From the NCBI GenBank assembly GCA_964304625.1, contig OZ199838.1, forward strand, positions 14,064,960 to 14,128,959: 64,000 nt of DNA, given 5' to 3'. The position numbers were made by a program, and so were the translations under genes. Below the pieces are notes generated by a model. It was not told where the DNA came from, searched no databases, and saw only the letters and a list, made by a program, of their open reading frames with translations. The DNA comes from Kudoa neothunni. Its lineage: Eukaryota; Animalia; Cnidaria. This document shows positions 11,117 through 24,339 of this stretch, one piece after another. How positions within the stretch are numbered: the first letter of the stretch is position 1; every line of letters starts with the position of its first letter.

Positions 11117-12440
11117 CCTTCCGAGCGTCTTTGGGGTTCATTGGACCCCAATGGTTGTTTGAATCAATTTTAGAGATTCTTATATCAGTGAATTTAAGAT
11201 CACATCTATTCTCCTACAAATATGAGTTCTATTAAAATATTACAGAAATTTAAAATTTGTACATTCAGGTCACGAAATAATCATAATACTTACACATTCC
11301 TTCTTATGGGGTCCAATGGACCCCCCATTTTATTCCACCAAACAAAGAAAAATAAATTAAAACAATTTTGGGAATTAAATAAAATTTTATCGAAAGAAAA
11401 CAGAGATAATTTGAAAAAACTATATGTACGTCAAATACCTATCATTACCGACGAATGAAATGCTGCCATAAATGATTCTTAGTGTAATATTTTGAAGGAA
11501 ATAGAATCCGATATCAATGAATTTTATGATAACTATTGATAATTTGGTTATTTTCGTCATTCCAATGTTTCTGAAGATAATAAATGTTATCGAAATATAT
11601 ACGAAGATAAGGATGGGGTTAATTGATTTTCTGAGGAACTTCAAATAACTAAAAGCTCCAAACAAAATATTTTTCAAAACCTCAAGGTTCACGTTGCTAC
11701 GCTTCGAACAGAATCAACTCCTCAACTGACACATTCCTCATTTTTTATGGCAAGTTTTTTCTTAACTGTTATTTCAAATACTAACAAGTTTGACAATTAT
11801 AATTATCAGCATTATTTGAAGACTTGGCAAACCAACAGTCATTAGCTTATATTGGAATCCTTGTCTATATGATAATTTTCAGATCTAAATTATAATCACT
11901 CAAATTTCTTTGTCGCGAGTGATGTTATTGTACACGATCTCGAGACAGGAAAGCGAAGAATTTTTTGTTGTAGAATCAGTTGTAATAATAGAAATTGAAA
12001 AGTTTTTTGCGTGGTATATTTTAAAATTAAAAATTAACATAATATAAATATCTCGCATTTGATCTATTTTGAATCAATATCTATTGTATTTTGGGTTTTA
12101 TTGGGCATGATTATTAAGGAATTAACCATATAAGAAACAATTTTTAAGACTTCGTTAATATGGAATGAGATATAGTTTTATTAAAACCTATTAAATTAAA
12201 AAATAAAGTTAAACTTGTCAAATTAGATGCCTAATTTAACCCCCAATATTCTTCGGTAATGATCGTTAACAACAGTCTAGGTTATAATTGACATTTTTCA
12301 ATATTTTATCGATAGTTTTCTCTCATACTTTAGTAAATTACTTATTACATTTTTCTCCGTAATTCAAACTAAAACAATGTGGGGTCCATTCGACCCCAAA
12401 GGAAGGAATGTGTAATGTGGTTTTTCAGGCGCTTGGAAGG
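11117..12440 (+). mobile_element. Non-autonomous piggyBac element
   Basis: TTAA TSDs at 11113-11116 and 12441-12444; TIR ccttccgagcg / cgcttggaagg; subterminal ggggtc..tggacccc palindromes at ~11133, ~11308 and ~12381; transposase remnant LAYIGILVYM at ~11842. Confidence 0.88.
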
Positions 12441-12446
12441 TTAATA

Positions 12447-13631
12447 CAGTAAGGTCTGGATATTGTGTAATAAATAGGGACCTGAGATTTACTGCCCAAT
12501 AACGCTTCCTCGCACGCGTAGATAATTTAAATGTTTTATTTTTTAACGGAAAAATGGCCCATCTTGTTTATACTATTAAATCAAAGGTGTGAAAAGCAAC
12601 CATCTAATATTATACGAACTTTTCTTTATCTTTCACGAACTTTCGATCAAGAGTTCTTAAAATATCAAGAAGATAGTTGAAGACACCCAACCATTTTTTG
12701 ATCGTTAATATTTAACAGAAAATTCATAAATCCCTTTAAAATAAGCACTCTATAATTTTATTACAGGTTTTTTGATTGTTTCATTTCCTTTTAATTCAAT
12801 TCCTTCTTTATATTATATGTTCGTTGAGTGCATTGTTCTTAGGAAACAGCGGTCTCACCGAGATTTAATATGTTCAGTTTTTCATATCTACTTTTTACTT
12901 AATAAATTGGATTACCTAATCATTAACAATAATATCATCAACATTTCTCCCTTCTCCATGAAGAGTGAATTTTTAGACAACAGAGAATCTTAAAATTTTT
13001 AAGGAAGCTTTTTGTTCCACTTAAACAACTGATTTAAGGACATCAGCAAAAAGTCTTACCTTCTCAGTGATAAAAACTCTAGAATATTTGACTTTTTTGG
13101 TGTTCTTACACAATCCGACCATATAACGCGATTTGAGAATGGATGTATTTTCTATTTGTAATTCCTTTACTGAGATTAACAACATTGGAGCTCATTATAC
13201 TAGGTTTATTAGATAAAATTCTATTCAGAAAAGAATAACTAAATTTAATCTGAATAAAACTCACACTAACAGAATTTATGGTATTCTATGGCGCTATAAA
13301 GTAATTTTTTGGCATTTCAGATTGAAATAATTGAATCATAATATTGAATAGTTCCAGTTTTTTATCAAAATTTCTTACTTTTTTTCAGAGTACCGGACGC
13401 CCGAATGTGTAATTTAATGGATTCATTGGATTAAAATTGAAGTAACCACTGCCCAATAGCAAGACCCTGAATTTTACAAAAAATCCATTTTTTAAATATT
13501 ATTTCGTATTTTCGAATATAAAGCTAGAGTAGAAGACTATATACAAAGAAAAGGTTACAATGTTTGTTACAGAAATTTGAAAAAAATAGCGACTACCCTA
13601 TATCGAACCTCGCAATATCGAGACCTTACTG
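12447..13631. mobile_element. pogo/Tigger-like non-autonomous element
   Basis: TIRs cagtaaggtctggatattg / caatatcgagaccttactg with flanking TA on both sides. Confidence 0.85.
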
Positions 13632-13990
13632 TAATCAAATTTTGTTATCTTTGATAAATGTACATGTTGCTATACGGTAATCCGGACCTCGGTATGGATA
13701 CAAATCCAATTTACAAACATTTACTGGCTATTTTATCATGTTATTTCCTATATTTACTGAAAGTATTCTACGTCAAGAGAAATACGATAATTATAATAAT
13801 TCTAATAGATGTAGTCATATTAATAATAATTAATGTAAACGTGTTGACGAGAATTCTTTTTTTCTTAAGGTAATTGTTTCACATCCGATAATTTAGATGG
13901 GTTTATAAGATCCCATAATTATATTGTAAACTGAATGTAATATAATATTTAATAATATAATTTAAATAAAATGAACGTAGATTAATTATA

Positions 13991-14502
13991 TTTTGTTTAC
14001 AAGGGCAAACCCTGGGGCAACTTGTTAGATTATGAAGTTAGGGCTGGTTAGGCCGGCCTTCTCTATTTACGCTTTGGTAGGCACCGCAGTGTCATATTAA
14101 GACAACTTACGTTTATGCGGTAGTGTGGGATTTTGACCCATTAAACATCCTCGTATCGGAGCAACCATCAACCCAACCATACCCTGGACTAACCCAGAAT
14201 TAGTCTGGAAAAGTCGTCTGAATATGGGCGTCGGCTCTACGGAATCCCCTACCGGGTTTTATTTTGTTCCTTTACCCCGGCGTTTATTATGAGCGCGCCT
14301 GAGTTCTACCTTTCCGCCAGGCTCCCGTCCCAGCTGCAAGCAAGCAAGGCCACGATAAACCATGGATCCTTGCGATTACTACAGCCCTTCTACTTAATTT
14401 CGGATTAGAAGTACACGAACGCCCGGACTAGGTAGGCTTCGAACTCGCAACGTCAAAAGATGTGATCTCGACCTAACACCATTATGCCATATTGTCCCGG
14501 CT
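13991..14502 (-). mobile_element. tRNA-derived SINE, family A
   Basis: Minus strand has A box TGGCATAATGG, B box GAGTTCGAAGCC and the 3' end ccttgtaaacaaaa; colinear over its full length with 62616-63117. Confidence 0.88.
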
Positions 14503-14821
14503 GTCAATTTTTAATTTATTATGAAAAATTCATTATAGCTAAAGATTTCATATATATTCTGATCTGACAACCTATCGAGATTGCCACCACCTACTATAAA
14601 GCGTTATAAAGGTCCTCCATTCCAACTCGATTGACATCTTAAGAACAAGACTACAATTTTAAAAATAAGTAAATAAGACACAATTCATTTGTCATACTTT
14701 GTTAATTTATTAAAACTTACTTAAAATAAAAAATATTAAAATTTTAATTAGGAAAGATGGCTTGATTATACTCGCAATGACGAAGAAATATATATATCAA
14801 ACAAATTTTCGATAAAAATAA

Positions 14822-15591
14822 TTATTTTAATTTTAAGCAAAGTTTGTAAGCAGCTGATCCGTTTAAATAGTAGCGTTCATATTTTTTTGTACGTATAAAT
14901 CCATATCGCTCATAGAATTTTAAAGCAACAACATTGGAGACTTCGGTTTCTAGAGTAACCTAGTATAAATACAATCATTATTTTAGACACCAGCACATAA
15001 CATAAACTTACTTTATCACAATGTTGTTCTATGAAATCCTTCATAATTCTATCCAATAACTTTGAGCCTTAAGGTAGAATATCAATTAATAACGTCGGTT
15101 TAACATATGGAGGGATGACTTACCAATACCAAATTTTCTGAATTCGGTATCCACAACAATCATTCCAATATACCCACTAGGAGAGAATAGTTTATTATCA
15201 TCAATTATTTCGCTTAAATTAGCGTTTCGATATTTTTTTCTTTCTTGAATTGATTTTATTTTTCCAAGTACAATTCCACAAAGTTTACCATTGTTATAAG
15301 CCTGCATTTTAAGAAAATATTATTATTGTAACAGCATAAACACAACGTCAACAATGAGTTATTTACAAAATAACATATTCCATTATCACAAGATAAAAAG
15401 TATCGGTAGGTGTAAACGGAATATGGTTCACTGAGATGTTTTTCACAAAGTGACATCATTTGTTGTATATCCTTCGATTGGAAATTAGTGATGATTATAG
15501 AACTTTTAGATGGATCGATGTGTAGGGAACTACAAATATGGTTGGGAAGTTGTGATAGAGATTCATTGCCTGATGGGTTTTGAGGTTGCAT
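14822..15591 (-). CDS. NAA30: N-alpha-acetyltransferase 30 (NatC catalytic subunit, MAK3), 4 exons
   Basis: LSEPYSVYTYRYF, GYIGMIVVDTEFRKFGIG, VTLETEVSNVVALKFYERYGF...RYYLNGSAAYKL; short GT-AG introns. Confidence 0.93.
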
Positions 15592-15690
15592 GATGGGCGC
15601 ATGTCATGAAAATCATTAAATAATGTTCTTGTTTCGTTTGCGCAGCCCTCGTACAGACTAAAGACAGCATTGCGCATTGCTTTTATCTCT
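15592..15690. promoter_or_regulatory. Putative bidirectional promoter between NAA30 and TICRR
   Basis: The divergent ATGs are 99 bp apart; three GCGCA motifs lie between them (15597, 15640, 15672). Confidence 0.6.
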
Positions 15691-18600
15691 ATGCCTTCGA
15701 ATGTTCTTCTGGGGTTGATTATCGATATTTCTGAGCAGCCTCAAAATTATGCCATATCCAATTTGGCTGATCTCTATTGGAAGTTGTTGCCCAGAGTGAT
15801 CTTGAAAATGGCGCTACATCACAAATTCTATTCCAACGATGGTCAACTGTCAATCGATGGGAATAGTCTCTATTGGAATTATGTGTTTACTAAAAATGGT
15901 CGTTCGAGTCAACAGCATCTCCATAGAAATAATTTTAATGAATTCAATAAAAATTCATATGATCAATTTCTTATCAACTATAACAAGGTAATCCAGTTGG
16001 AGAGATCCCAAAAAAATAAAACCAACTCTAATGTGGATCAGCTTTTGAAACAAATATTCGATCTGATTACAGTGAGATTTGATTGGGATATTAGTTTGTT
16101 GACATCTCCTGTAATTGTGAATAAATCGAAAAAACCTAAATCAACTACATTATCAGTCCAGAACAATGTAATTAATTTAAATTTCCTCCTAATATTTACT
16201 GATGCTTATTGAATAGGTGGGGAAATATCATTATATGTATTATATGTCACTCCATGTGACAACTATCCCTTCGAAGATAATTCGACATCCTAATTCAACT
16301 GCTTTAGCTCCAATACATAATTATTTGAAACGAAATGCTATTCAATTCACGTGGTTACCATTTCTATATGACATTATTCATGTAGACTTTTTTTATTTAA
16401 TGGGCGCTATTATGTAAACTCACATTTTATTTTTTACCAAAGGAGGATAAACAAAATCGAGATTTTACACAAATTCTCGCCAAATTCAAGATTCAATTCT
16501 TTCCATTGTGGCCAATTATGAGGCACCTTTCTCGCAATTGTCGCGGCGACCAACGCGCTTACTCCTTAGAATGGATTTATTTGTTGTTGGCCCACATTGA
16601 AACTCAACTTTCACCCAAATTTGACACCAAAATAAAACCTAATCGTTCTAATTCCAATTTTAATTCCATCAATAATTCATTCACATTGGACGCCTATTTG
16701 TTAAAAGAGTTGCATATAAAAATCGATAACACTAAAGATATCGTTGGTTGGATGAATGTGCCTTTGGTAGATGTTCCTAACTTTCAAAGGTTTCAAAATC
16801 TGCTCGATTCCGCCAAATCCAACGATAATAAGATGCTTGCTGTGGATAGCAATAAAGATCTCATTATTGATGATAAATCTACAAAACTCAATGAATTTAC
16901 CTCCACTACCAATGAAGAATTGTCGGATATTGTTGTTTGTCGTACAACTTTGACAGCCTCTACGGATCTATTGGATGATAATGAAATTGAGACTGTAACT
17001 TTTTAGAGGACTTAATTTTTGTATTCTTTATTTAGTTGTTGGCTAAAGAATTTGAAAAGTGTGTCAAACATTTCCATGATCTATTGGAATGCGTTAATAA
17101 AGATCAAAAAATAGAACATGTATTTACTTTTCAATATTTATTTATTCATAATACAATGAACGAAACGACTTAGAGCGTTGATATGGAAAAAATTCTCTTG
17201 ATGACTGTCAATGACTTTAACGAAAGGGTGCGCCATGAGAATAAGTCAACAATAATTCGGCTGTATTTCTATCAAATTGTTATGGTTCTGTTAGTAAAGT
17301 TGGTTTTAGTTGTTGTCATCAGATTGTTTATCGTTTTCTTATTCTTCGACAATTTCCAAAATCTCAACATTTGATTAGAGAAGTTATTGTTTATTTTGTA
17401 GGTGTGCTTTTAAACTCAATTCTGTTAGTTGGCTGGATTGCTTAGAAAGTATGCACTACTAATATCGCCCCTTCAAATGACTCGTCTCCTTGCCAACCAT
17501 ATTGTGCCATATTTTTGTGAACACTTAAGAAATAGTTTGATTAAAATTTATGACGAATTAATGCTTTCGAAACCTGCGCAACTGTGTGACCACCATCTAA
17601 AAGATACATCTTCATTGTCCAATCCCTATGGAGTGAGCTCTAGTACGCCTACGGCTTCCGAGAAATTCGAGACCACTCAACTCACTTCCCATTTGTTGGA
17701 TGATCAGGAAAATAGTCGTTTTATCTTCCATGATGATGATACAAATTCTCAGCGACCACAAAAGTAACTTATTGGTGTGATTATGTTTAAAAATTATAAA
17801 AAATGGCTCAAGCAAACTTTTTCAAAATCGTAAAAACATCGGTATCAACGCTTCACGTAGAAGACGACGTCTCATTGCTGTCAAAGGTATAAATGTGCAG
17901 AGTGGAAAGTGTGTATTTTGATGTTTTGTACAGATAGCCAATCTACTGTTCGTAGACTCCTTTTTAATAAATATCCTGATTTGCTTTCCAACACTCAACC
18001 TCCTCAACAATATAACAATTTGTTTGATCCGAATCAAATCGATAATCCAAGTTCAAGTAACAATATTTTTTATAGACTCCATTTATTATATTTATGTTTT
18101 TTAATAGATATCAATTATTCATTGACACAATTCGACAGGGAAACTTTTCGTGGTGAAAATGACGGGTATTTTAAGTGATACTCATGATCCATGAGTCTAA
18201 ATTACTAAAATATTTAGCAGCGATATTAGATCTTTGTTTTCCGATTTGGACTGCACTCCACATGGTTTCCAAGGCGATGTTGATACAATGACAAATCCTA
18301 ATCAACTTCTGGAGGATAGAAGCCGACCAAAAATCTTTTATAGTTCAAAATCTTTTTCACAAGCCACCACCTTGCCACTACCTTACAAAAGCACCTCTCA
18401 ATCAAAACCAAACCAAAAAGTGCAGTCATTCACTGTTGCTTCAAAACATGCAGATACTGCTATCAGTAGTCATCCTATCTTTAGTTTCGAGCACATTTTC
18501 GCAACACCTCAAAAAATTGATTTGGGGCAATCAATCACCGATGGTGTACAATTATCCAAACAAAACTCCCCATCCTCGACGAGTTCATTTGGTGGTTCCG

Positions 18601-19136
18601 TCGCCGTTGGTCACTCTGGCAGCGAACACAGTAACACCTCGCATTTGAACACAAGCCAAAGTTCTTTAATAACTGCATCCCCTAATCGAAGTTGGATTGG
18701 CGGCAGTTCCCCAATGGCAACAACAACAGCTAATGCCGATCAAAGTACCACCCATTCTCCATTTCTCAAACAATATTACAATTTTCCAAACATTAACAAT
18801 AATGCTGCAGACTTGCAGCCTCAGTTTTCACCATTCAAATATTCATGTTATACCAATTCAAATGGATTCTCCACCCCGAACAATAGCTCCAATAAACATC
18901 CCAATCCTGCTTTTTCTCCGTTGATTAGATCGCCTTTCAAATCCCTTATTCAGTTCAGTCGAAAGTATCCTCCGTTGACCTCGCCAAAAAAACCCGCTGT
19001 TCTGCCGAACCAACCCTCTCCTCAAACTAACTCTCTGGAACCTTCCAACAACTCTGCTTCTACCGCTTTTACGAGTGATGATGAAAACAATGATAATACC
19101 AAAAAAAACTCAACAAATCCAAAACATGATACATAG
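15691..19136 (+). CDS. TICRR: Treslin/TICRR-like DNA replication origin-firing factor (shortened, multi-exon)
   Basis: The N-terminus (LLGLIIDIS...YWNYVF...FNEFNKNSYDQF...RFDWDISLLTSPV...IQFTWL) follows the treslin N-domain pattern (cf. YQWDRPEITSPT). The spliced middle IRLCCHQIVYRF...LAGLLRK...LIKIYDELMLSKPAQL resembles the Sld3-treslin domain; VRRLLFN resembles VRRNLFN; the C-terminus is S/T-P rich. Identified from recalled motifs. Confidence 0.75.
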
Positions 19137-20479
19137 TTTAAATATGTTGTGTAGTTGTGTAATCGAATATTAATTTGCGCACTGCAAAAACACACACTTT
19201 AAAACCAAAATAAATAACACTCAAGTTGGTTATACATTTAGCTGTCATTGCTGAAAAAATACACTACATCGTTGCAAGATTGGATGTGGTCGTATTTTTG
19301 AAAGATAATTTTCAGCGATTCCCAATATTTCTATGAAAAATTATATTAGTTACAGTGATACAAGTAAAATGGATAGTACAATAGAACAAATAAATTACAT
19401 ATACAGTAAACGGTACACAGTTGGCCATTAGCAGAGCTAATTCACTGAACTAAACAAAAATTATTATTGTGTTGCTAGGTGGGCATTAGTTAAAATATAA
19501 CGGTATAATTGGTTATATTGTAAAAATTTGGCTTCTTTTTTTAATTGCATGAACTTATTTAAAAGAATAAACTACAGATATAATCTGTGAGTGAGATGGA
19601 TTAAAAAGTAAGATGGCGTACGAGCACACGACAACTGAGATTAGATTGGGTCATTTTTAAAGTTTTGGCCACAGGAAAGTGTAAAGTATTTAGAAAATAT
19701 GGTTGACGTTTAATGATAAAATTATTAATTAAAAAATATAATATTAAGCATGTAAATTTTTGTCCAACAATAAGATAAGTGGCATCAAAGATTAATTCGA
19801 AAATAATGATGTAACAATTTTTAATCGTCAGACACGAAATTTCGCAAGAGTAAATACTGATAATCTGTTATTAAAATCATAAATATTAAAATAAATCAAT
19901 ACGTCTAATTCTAACAGCGTTTCCTACCGTTTTTTCCATCTTATTAGAAAACATTAATCACATTAACAAAAACGACTATGAATTTTTAATCTTATTCAAT
20001 ACCTAAATTATAGCGCATTATTTTATTGAAAGCATAGGATTTTTGAAAATATAAATGAAAATTTTAATAATATAATTTTTTAATTAAAATTAATAGTTAT
20101 ACACATTCTAGCTCTAGAATCTGTTCTTTTAAATCTTCCTTGCGTTAAATATTTGAATATAAGTTTTTAATATTAGGTTATATGTTTTATTCAAATGTTT
20201 CTCAGCCTTTTCAAGAGTATTAATTCTTTACTTTAAATTGCTTACAACTCTGAATAAAGCTTCATGTCATATTAAAATTAGATTCTTTTCTAAATAAAAT
20301 GTATCCAATCAGACCTAACGTAAATTATCGAATGGCCTTAAAAATTAACATCTTTAGTTCTTCATTCCGTTAAAAATAGTGTTATGTCAAAGTCTTGGAA
20401 TCCAATTTGCATTAGACAAGGTTTTCGTTCATATGGTGCTGAAAATCCGAAAATAAGCAATCTAGATAGAAACTTAATT

Positions 20480-20790
20480 AATATTATACTCGGTTTAATC
20501 AAAAACAGAGGAGATCACGACTATAAATGAGACGACATTGGGATTTCAATCATCTGCTTCTTTTCGAGTAAATTCCACTTTAAATGTTATTACTTATTTG
20601 TATATAATTAGTCATTGTTTTACGATATTAAATGTCACTTAAGAATAAACAAGGTCGAGGTAATGATTTCAAAGTACGTCCCCCCAATTATCTCACCATT
20701 ATGCATGTCACACCAGAACCGTTCATTAAACGTTCCAAAATTTCCATTCCCCACCAGAATTTTTCCACCCCACCGGTGGGAAACATTGTT
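20480..20790 (+). repeat. Dispersed repeat, copy of 7400-7745
   Basis: Direct alignment of several conserved blocks with 7400-7745. Confidence 0.7.
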
Positions 20791-20915
20791 TTATTCCATA
20801 TCTAGAGTGGATATTTTTAATTCTAAAAACTTTTTTTATAGCTAATGTATACAATTTTTAAAGAATCTGCAGTATTTAATTATTTGGATATTATGCTCCA
20901 TCGCAGTGGTCATTA

Positions 20916-21726
20916 CAATAAAAAACCCCGTGCTGATTCAATTATAACGCGGAAAAATTTGTTACCTAAAAATAATTCAGTTTTGTGCACATTATAATCG
21001 AATGAATGCTTTAATCAGGAGGTAGGTCCCAACATTATTGTCCAGCTCAAAATTAATGTAAGTCGTGTTTCATTTTCTAAGGGGAAAAATACAAAATTCA
21101 ATATTAGACAGCCTATCCTTAAATTTCTTCGATAAATAAGGATTGTATGGATCCGTTTGTTGTTTTATTTATTTAATGATGGAATTTCCCATTTTAAGCA
21201 GCCACCACATTATAATAATATATTAGATATTAACATGCATTATAGTAACATATTGGATATTAATAGTTTGAATGAATTTTAAGCAAATAGAATTAAATAT
21301 ATGAATAAAATACCTGAATCATTGCTATTTCATCGTTAGAACTGGTTTCATTTGAAAAGAAAGCCACCAAACTACACAACAACGCATCACAGTCAACAAT
21401 ATGAGGAGTTAAACAAAACTATTATCATTTTTACAAGGTGCAATAGACAAGAATTATTACTTTAAAAAATACATTTATCCCTTTGATTGCATCGGTGGAG
21501 TAATTGGTCAGGTTGGGATAGAGCATAAAAATGCTAACAAATAATATCCACTCAGAAATAGAAATACATCCAACGAACATTACTTTCTACATTCAGGCTC
21601 GTTTGCTCCAATTCTATTGAGATGTATGAAAACCTTTGGATTCATTGCTATTATGCTGTTCAACTAAAGTATAAAAACAGTCGTACGTTTGATTGAATTC
21701 CGCTTTAATAAATACCTGTTTTACTG
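20916..21726 (-). mobile_element. Possible degenerate pogo/Tigger relic
   Basis: Imperfect TA-flanked termini (caataaaaaaccccg / cctgttttactg) and weak LDN/FP-type DDE fragments on the minus strand. Confidence 0.35.
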
Positions 21727-23329
21727 TAATTTTTGTGTGTGAGAAAATGGTGGGATACGCAGAAATCACCATTTTCACCTTCTATAATAAAAATTTAGTT
21801 AGTATTCTACGGAGAAAATTCCCGGTCTTTCAAATATAGACTACCACTCACGTAGTGATAAAACCTAGTTGTCTTAAGAGCATAGAATGTTTAACATTTT
21901 AATCTACTTCGCCAAATACTCTAATATCATTGATTTAAATATTCAGTTTTAGATAAATCGAAATATGGATTTAATTTAAATAACTTATTTGGCGAATCTA
22001 TCTGATTTTAAACATTTTTCAAACAACATTTTAAGTACCTCATAAAATGTACAACCTTATTGTAAGAGATAAATTCATTCTTTTTTTCTGGCGAGACATC
22101 AAATTAAACAATGGTACAACTGTTCTAATCTATCTTTAACCAACAATTAAACCGATCCGTTTAATCCTTAAATAAAATATTTGAAGACGGTCATCAAAAC
22201 GTATTTATTCAGTAACATTTACAAAAAAAATAAAAGGATATTTACCGAACGTATTCAAGCATATACAATGACCTAAATAATACTTAAATATGTGCCGTAT
22301 TTTAAGGTTTGACTCAAAAACAAAAAGTTAGACTGATATCTGAAAATAACTACCTAAAAATCATTAATTTAAAATCGTTAAATCTACAACTATATTATTT
22401 TAAAATAACAAATATATAGATTCTTTCGAACACATCTCAAACATTTTTTACATTTATTTCTAGCTTTATAGAACACCTTTGCAAACTAATACACTCGAGT
22501 ATAAAAGACAATTGAATTCTAATGATATAAGTAAATTTATTTAACTTAATAACAATAACTAGGATGAAACATTAGATAATGTAATCGATTCAGGAGATTT
22601 TAACGAAATTATCCATGACCTAGTCAACAATAAAAATTGTTATATCTCTAAATCATAATGTAGATTAAACATAATTCTACAAATGACACTCACGTCATTC
22701 ATTCATTCATTACAGTTTATGCTAATTGGTTGTTGTTTTTATTTGCGCTAACGGAAAATCTAATAAAAATAACGACAAAGATTATGACAGCGACGAATAC
22801 ATTAAATATTTGTGATAATTCCTTTTTACAAAGTAAAAAGATGTTGAGAAAGAGAGTATAAATCAAAAATGAATTCAAAGAAACCATAATAAACCAAACC
22901 CATGAATACGTAAAAAAAGCTCAGCAATTTGGATAAACTCCAAAGAGGTATTGTAACAATTTTAAGTTTCTGATATTATTAGAAGTATTCACAACATCAA
23001 TAAATTAATCAACAAACAAAATCGAACAACTAAAAAGATAGATATGGAGGATATAAAAATGTATTGGAAGATTTGATTCTTATCAGAATAACGAAAGAAA
23101 AGAAAATTGTGGGGTGTAAAATATGACTTCCATAGACTAAAAAATACCTCAACATCGTTGTGAGGATTTAAATACCTCTAATGGACTTGATAACAAATCT
23201 ATTAGAAAAATGTGTTTGTAGATTTCCACCAATCTGACATTGTTTAGTAAAATTCATAAAAGCTTGCAAAAAATTACAATTCATCACATTAATTAATTTT
23301 TTACGGGTAAATTGTCACATACATAAAAA

Positions 23330-23620
23330 GATGACTATTTGAAATGTTTAACGTATCTAAGCCTGGCAAGTTTGTGATAAAAATTTGGATTATATTTGAG
23401 TTGGCAAGAACTTTTCTATGTAACACAAAGATATATACTGGAAAAGAAAATTAACTCATAGAAATTAACCAAGGGGAAGTGGTGAAAGATTTATTTCAGT
23501 CACAACTGATAAAAGGAGATATTTTACAGATGACAGTTGCTTTAGGACTCTTCCATTTGAAAGATATTTTGTTTCACACCAAAACACCACTGGTAGAACA
23601 ATGGGAAAAGAATTTCCCGC
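23330..23620 (+). pseudogene. piggyBac transposase fragment
   Basis: SKPGKFVIKIWIIFELARTFLCNTKIYTGKEN...NQGEVVKDL matches the piggyBac KPxKYGIK...YTGK region; contains stops. Confidence 0.8.
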
Positions 23621-23859
23621 AGTCGACGTTAATACTTATAGATTTTAAAAAGGAAGTTATAATTTGATAATATCGACAATAAATTCCTATGATACTTATT
23701 TTTCTGTCTTCTATATTTTAAAAACTTTTTAACTTGCTACAAAAACTCAGGGCTGGGTTGTCGCCAAAAGTTAAAAAATATGGTAAATGCTTACCAGATG
23801 TGTATCTGGAAAATAAAAAAATAATAATTCATGTATGTTTTCTTCAATATTTGAAAAAA

Positions 23860-24200
23860 ACGTTAAATCAAACATGGAACCTTTCTTGAATGGTCACATT
23901 TATCACTATGACAGATATTTGTCCTAATGTATTTCAACATCAATGACAAATATACAAAATAGAACAATCTGGAAACAACTAAATATTGATTGTAATATCA
24001 TTATAGTTGAGTAGATATGGTATATTAGAGAAATTTACTCAAAATAATTAGACGATCATTGCGAAAAAATTAGTTCGCCTAACTTGGTTATTCAAATTGA
24101 CGAGTCCTTCATTTGTAAACGGAAGTATGACCGATAAAGAATTTTAGTGAACCTGGCTATTTGGACTGTTGGTGTAATCGACAATGTCGGCAATATTTTT
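23860..24200 (+). pseudogene. Merlin/ISXO2 (IS1595-like) transposase fragment
   Basis: GTFLEWSHLSL and VIQIDESFICKRKYDR*R...WTVG match the ISXO2 VEIDES...KRKYNRGR...WVFG motif. Confidence 0.8.
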
Positions 24201-24339
24201 CCCCAGTAAATTAATAAGCGAGCTCACGTGTTAAAAGCAAAACAAGATGTCAGCGGTTCTAAATATCCAAGAAGCGTGTTACGGTTTTAGTATCCGCGGT
24301 CTTAGATGGTTCAAAATTACCATTATTTGTAATTGGTAT

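Noticed and set aside
15691-19136. Retinoblastoma-like protein
   Set aside because: The S/P-rich tail suggested it, but no pocket-domain motifs were found and the treslin motifs fit in the correct order.
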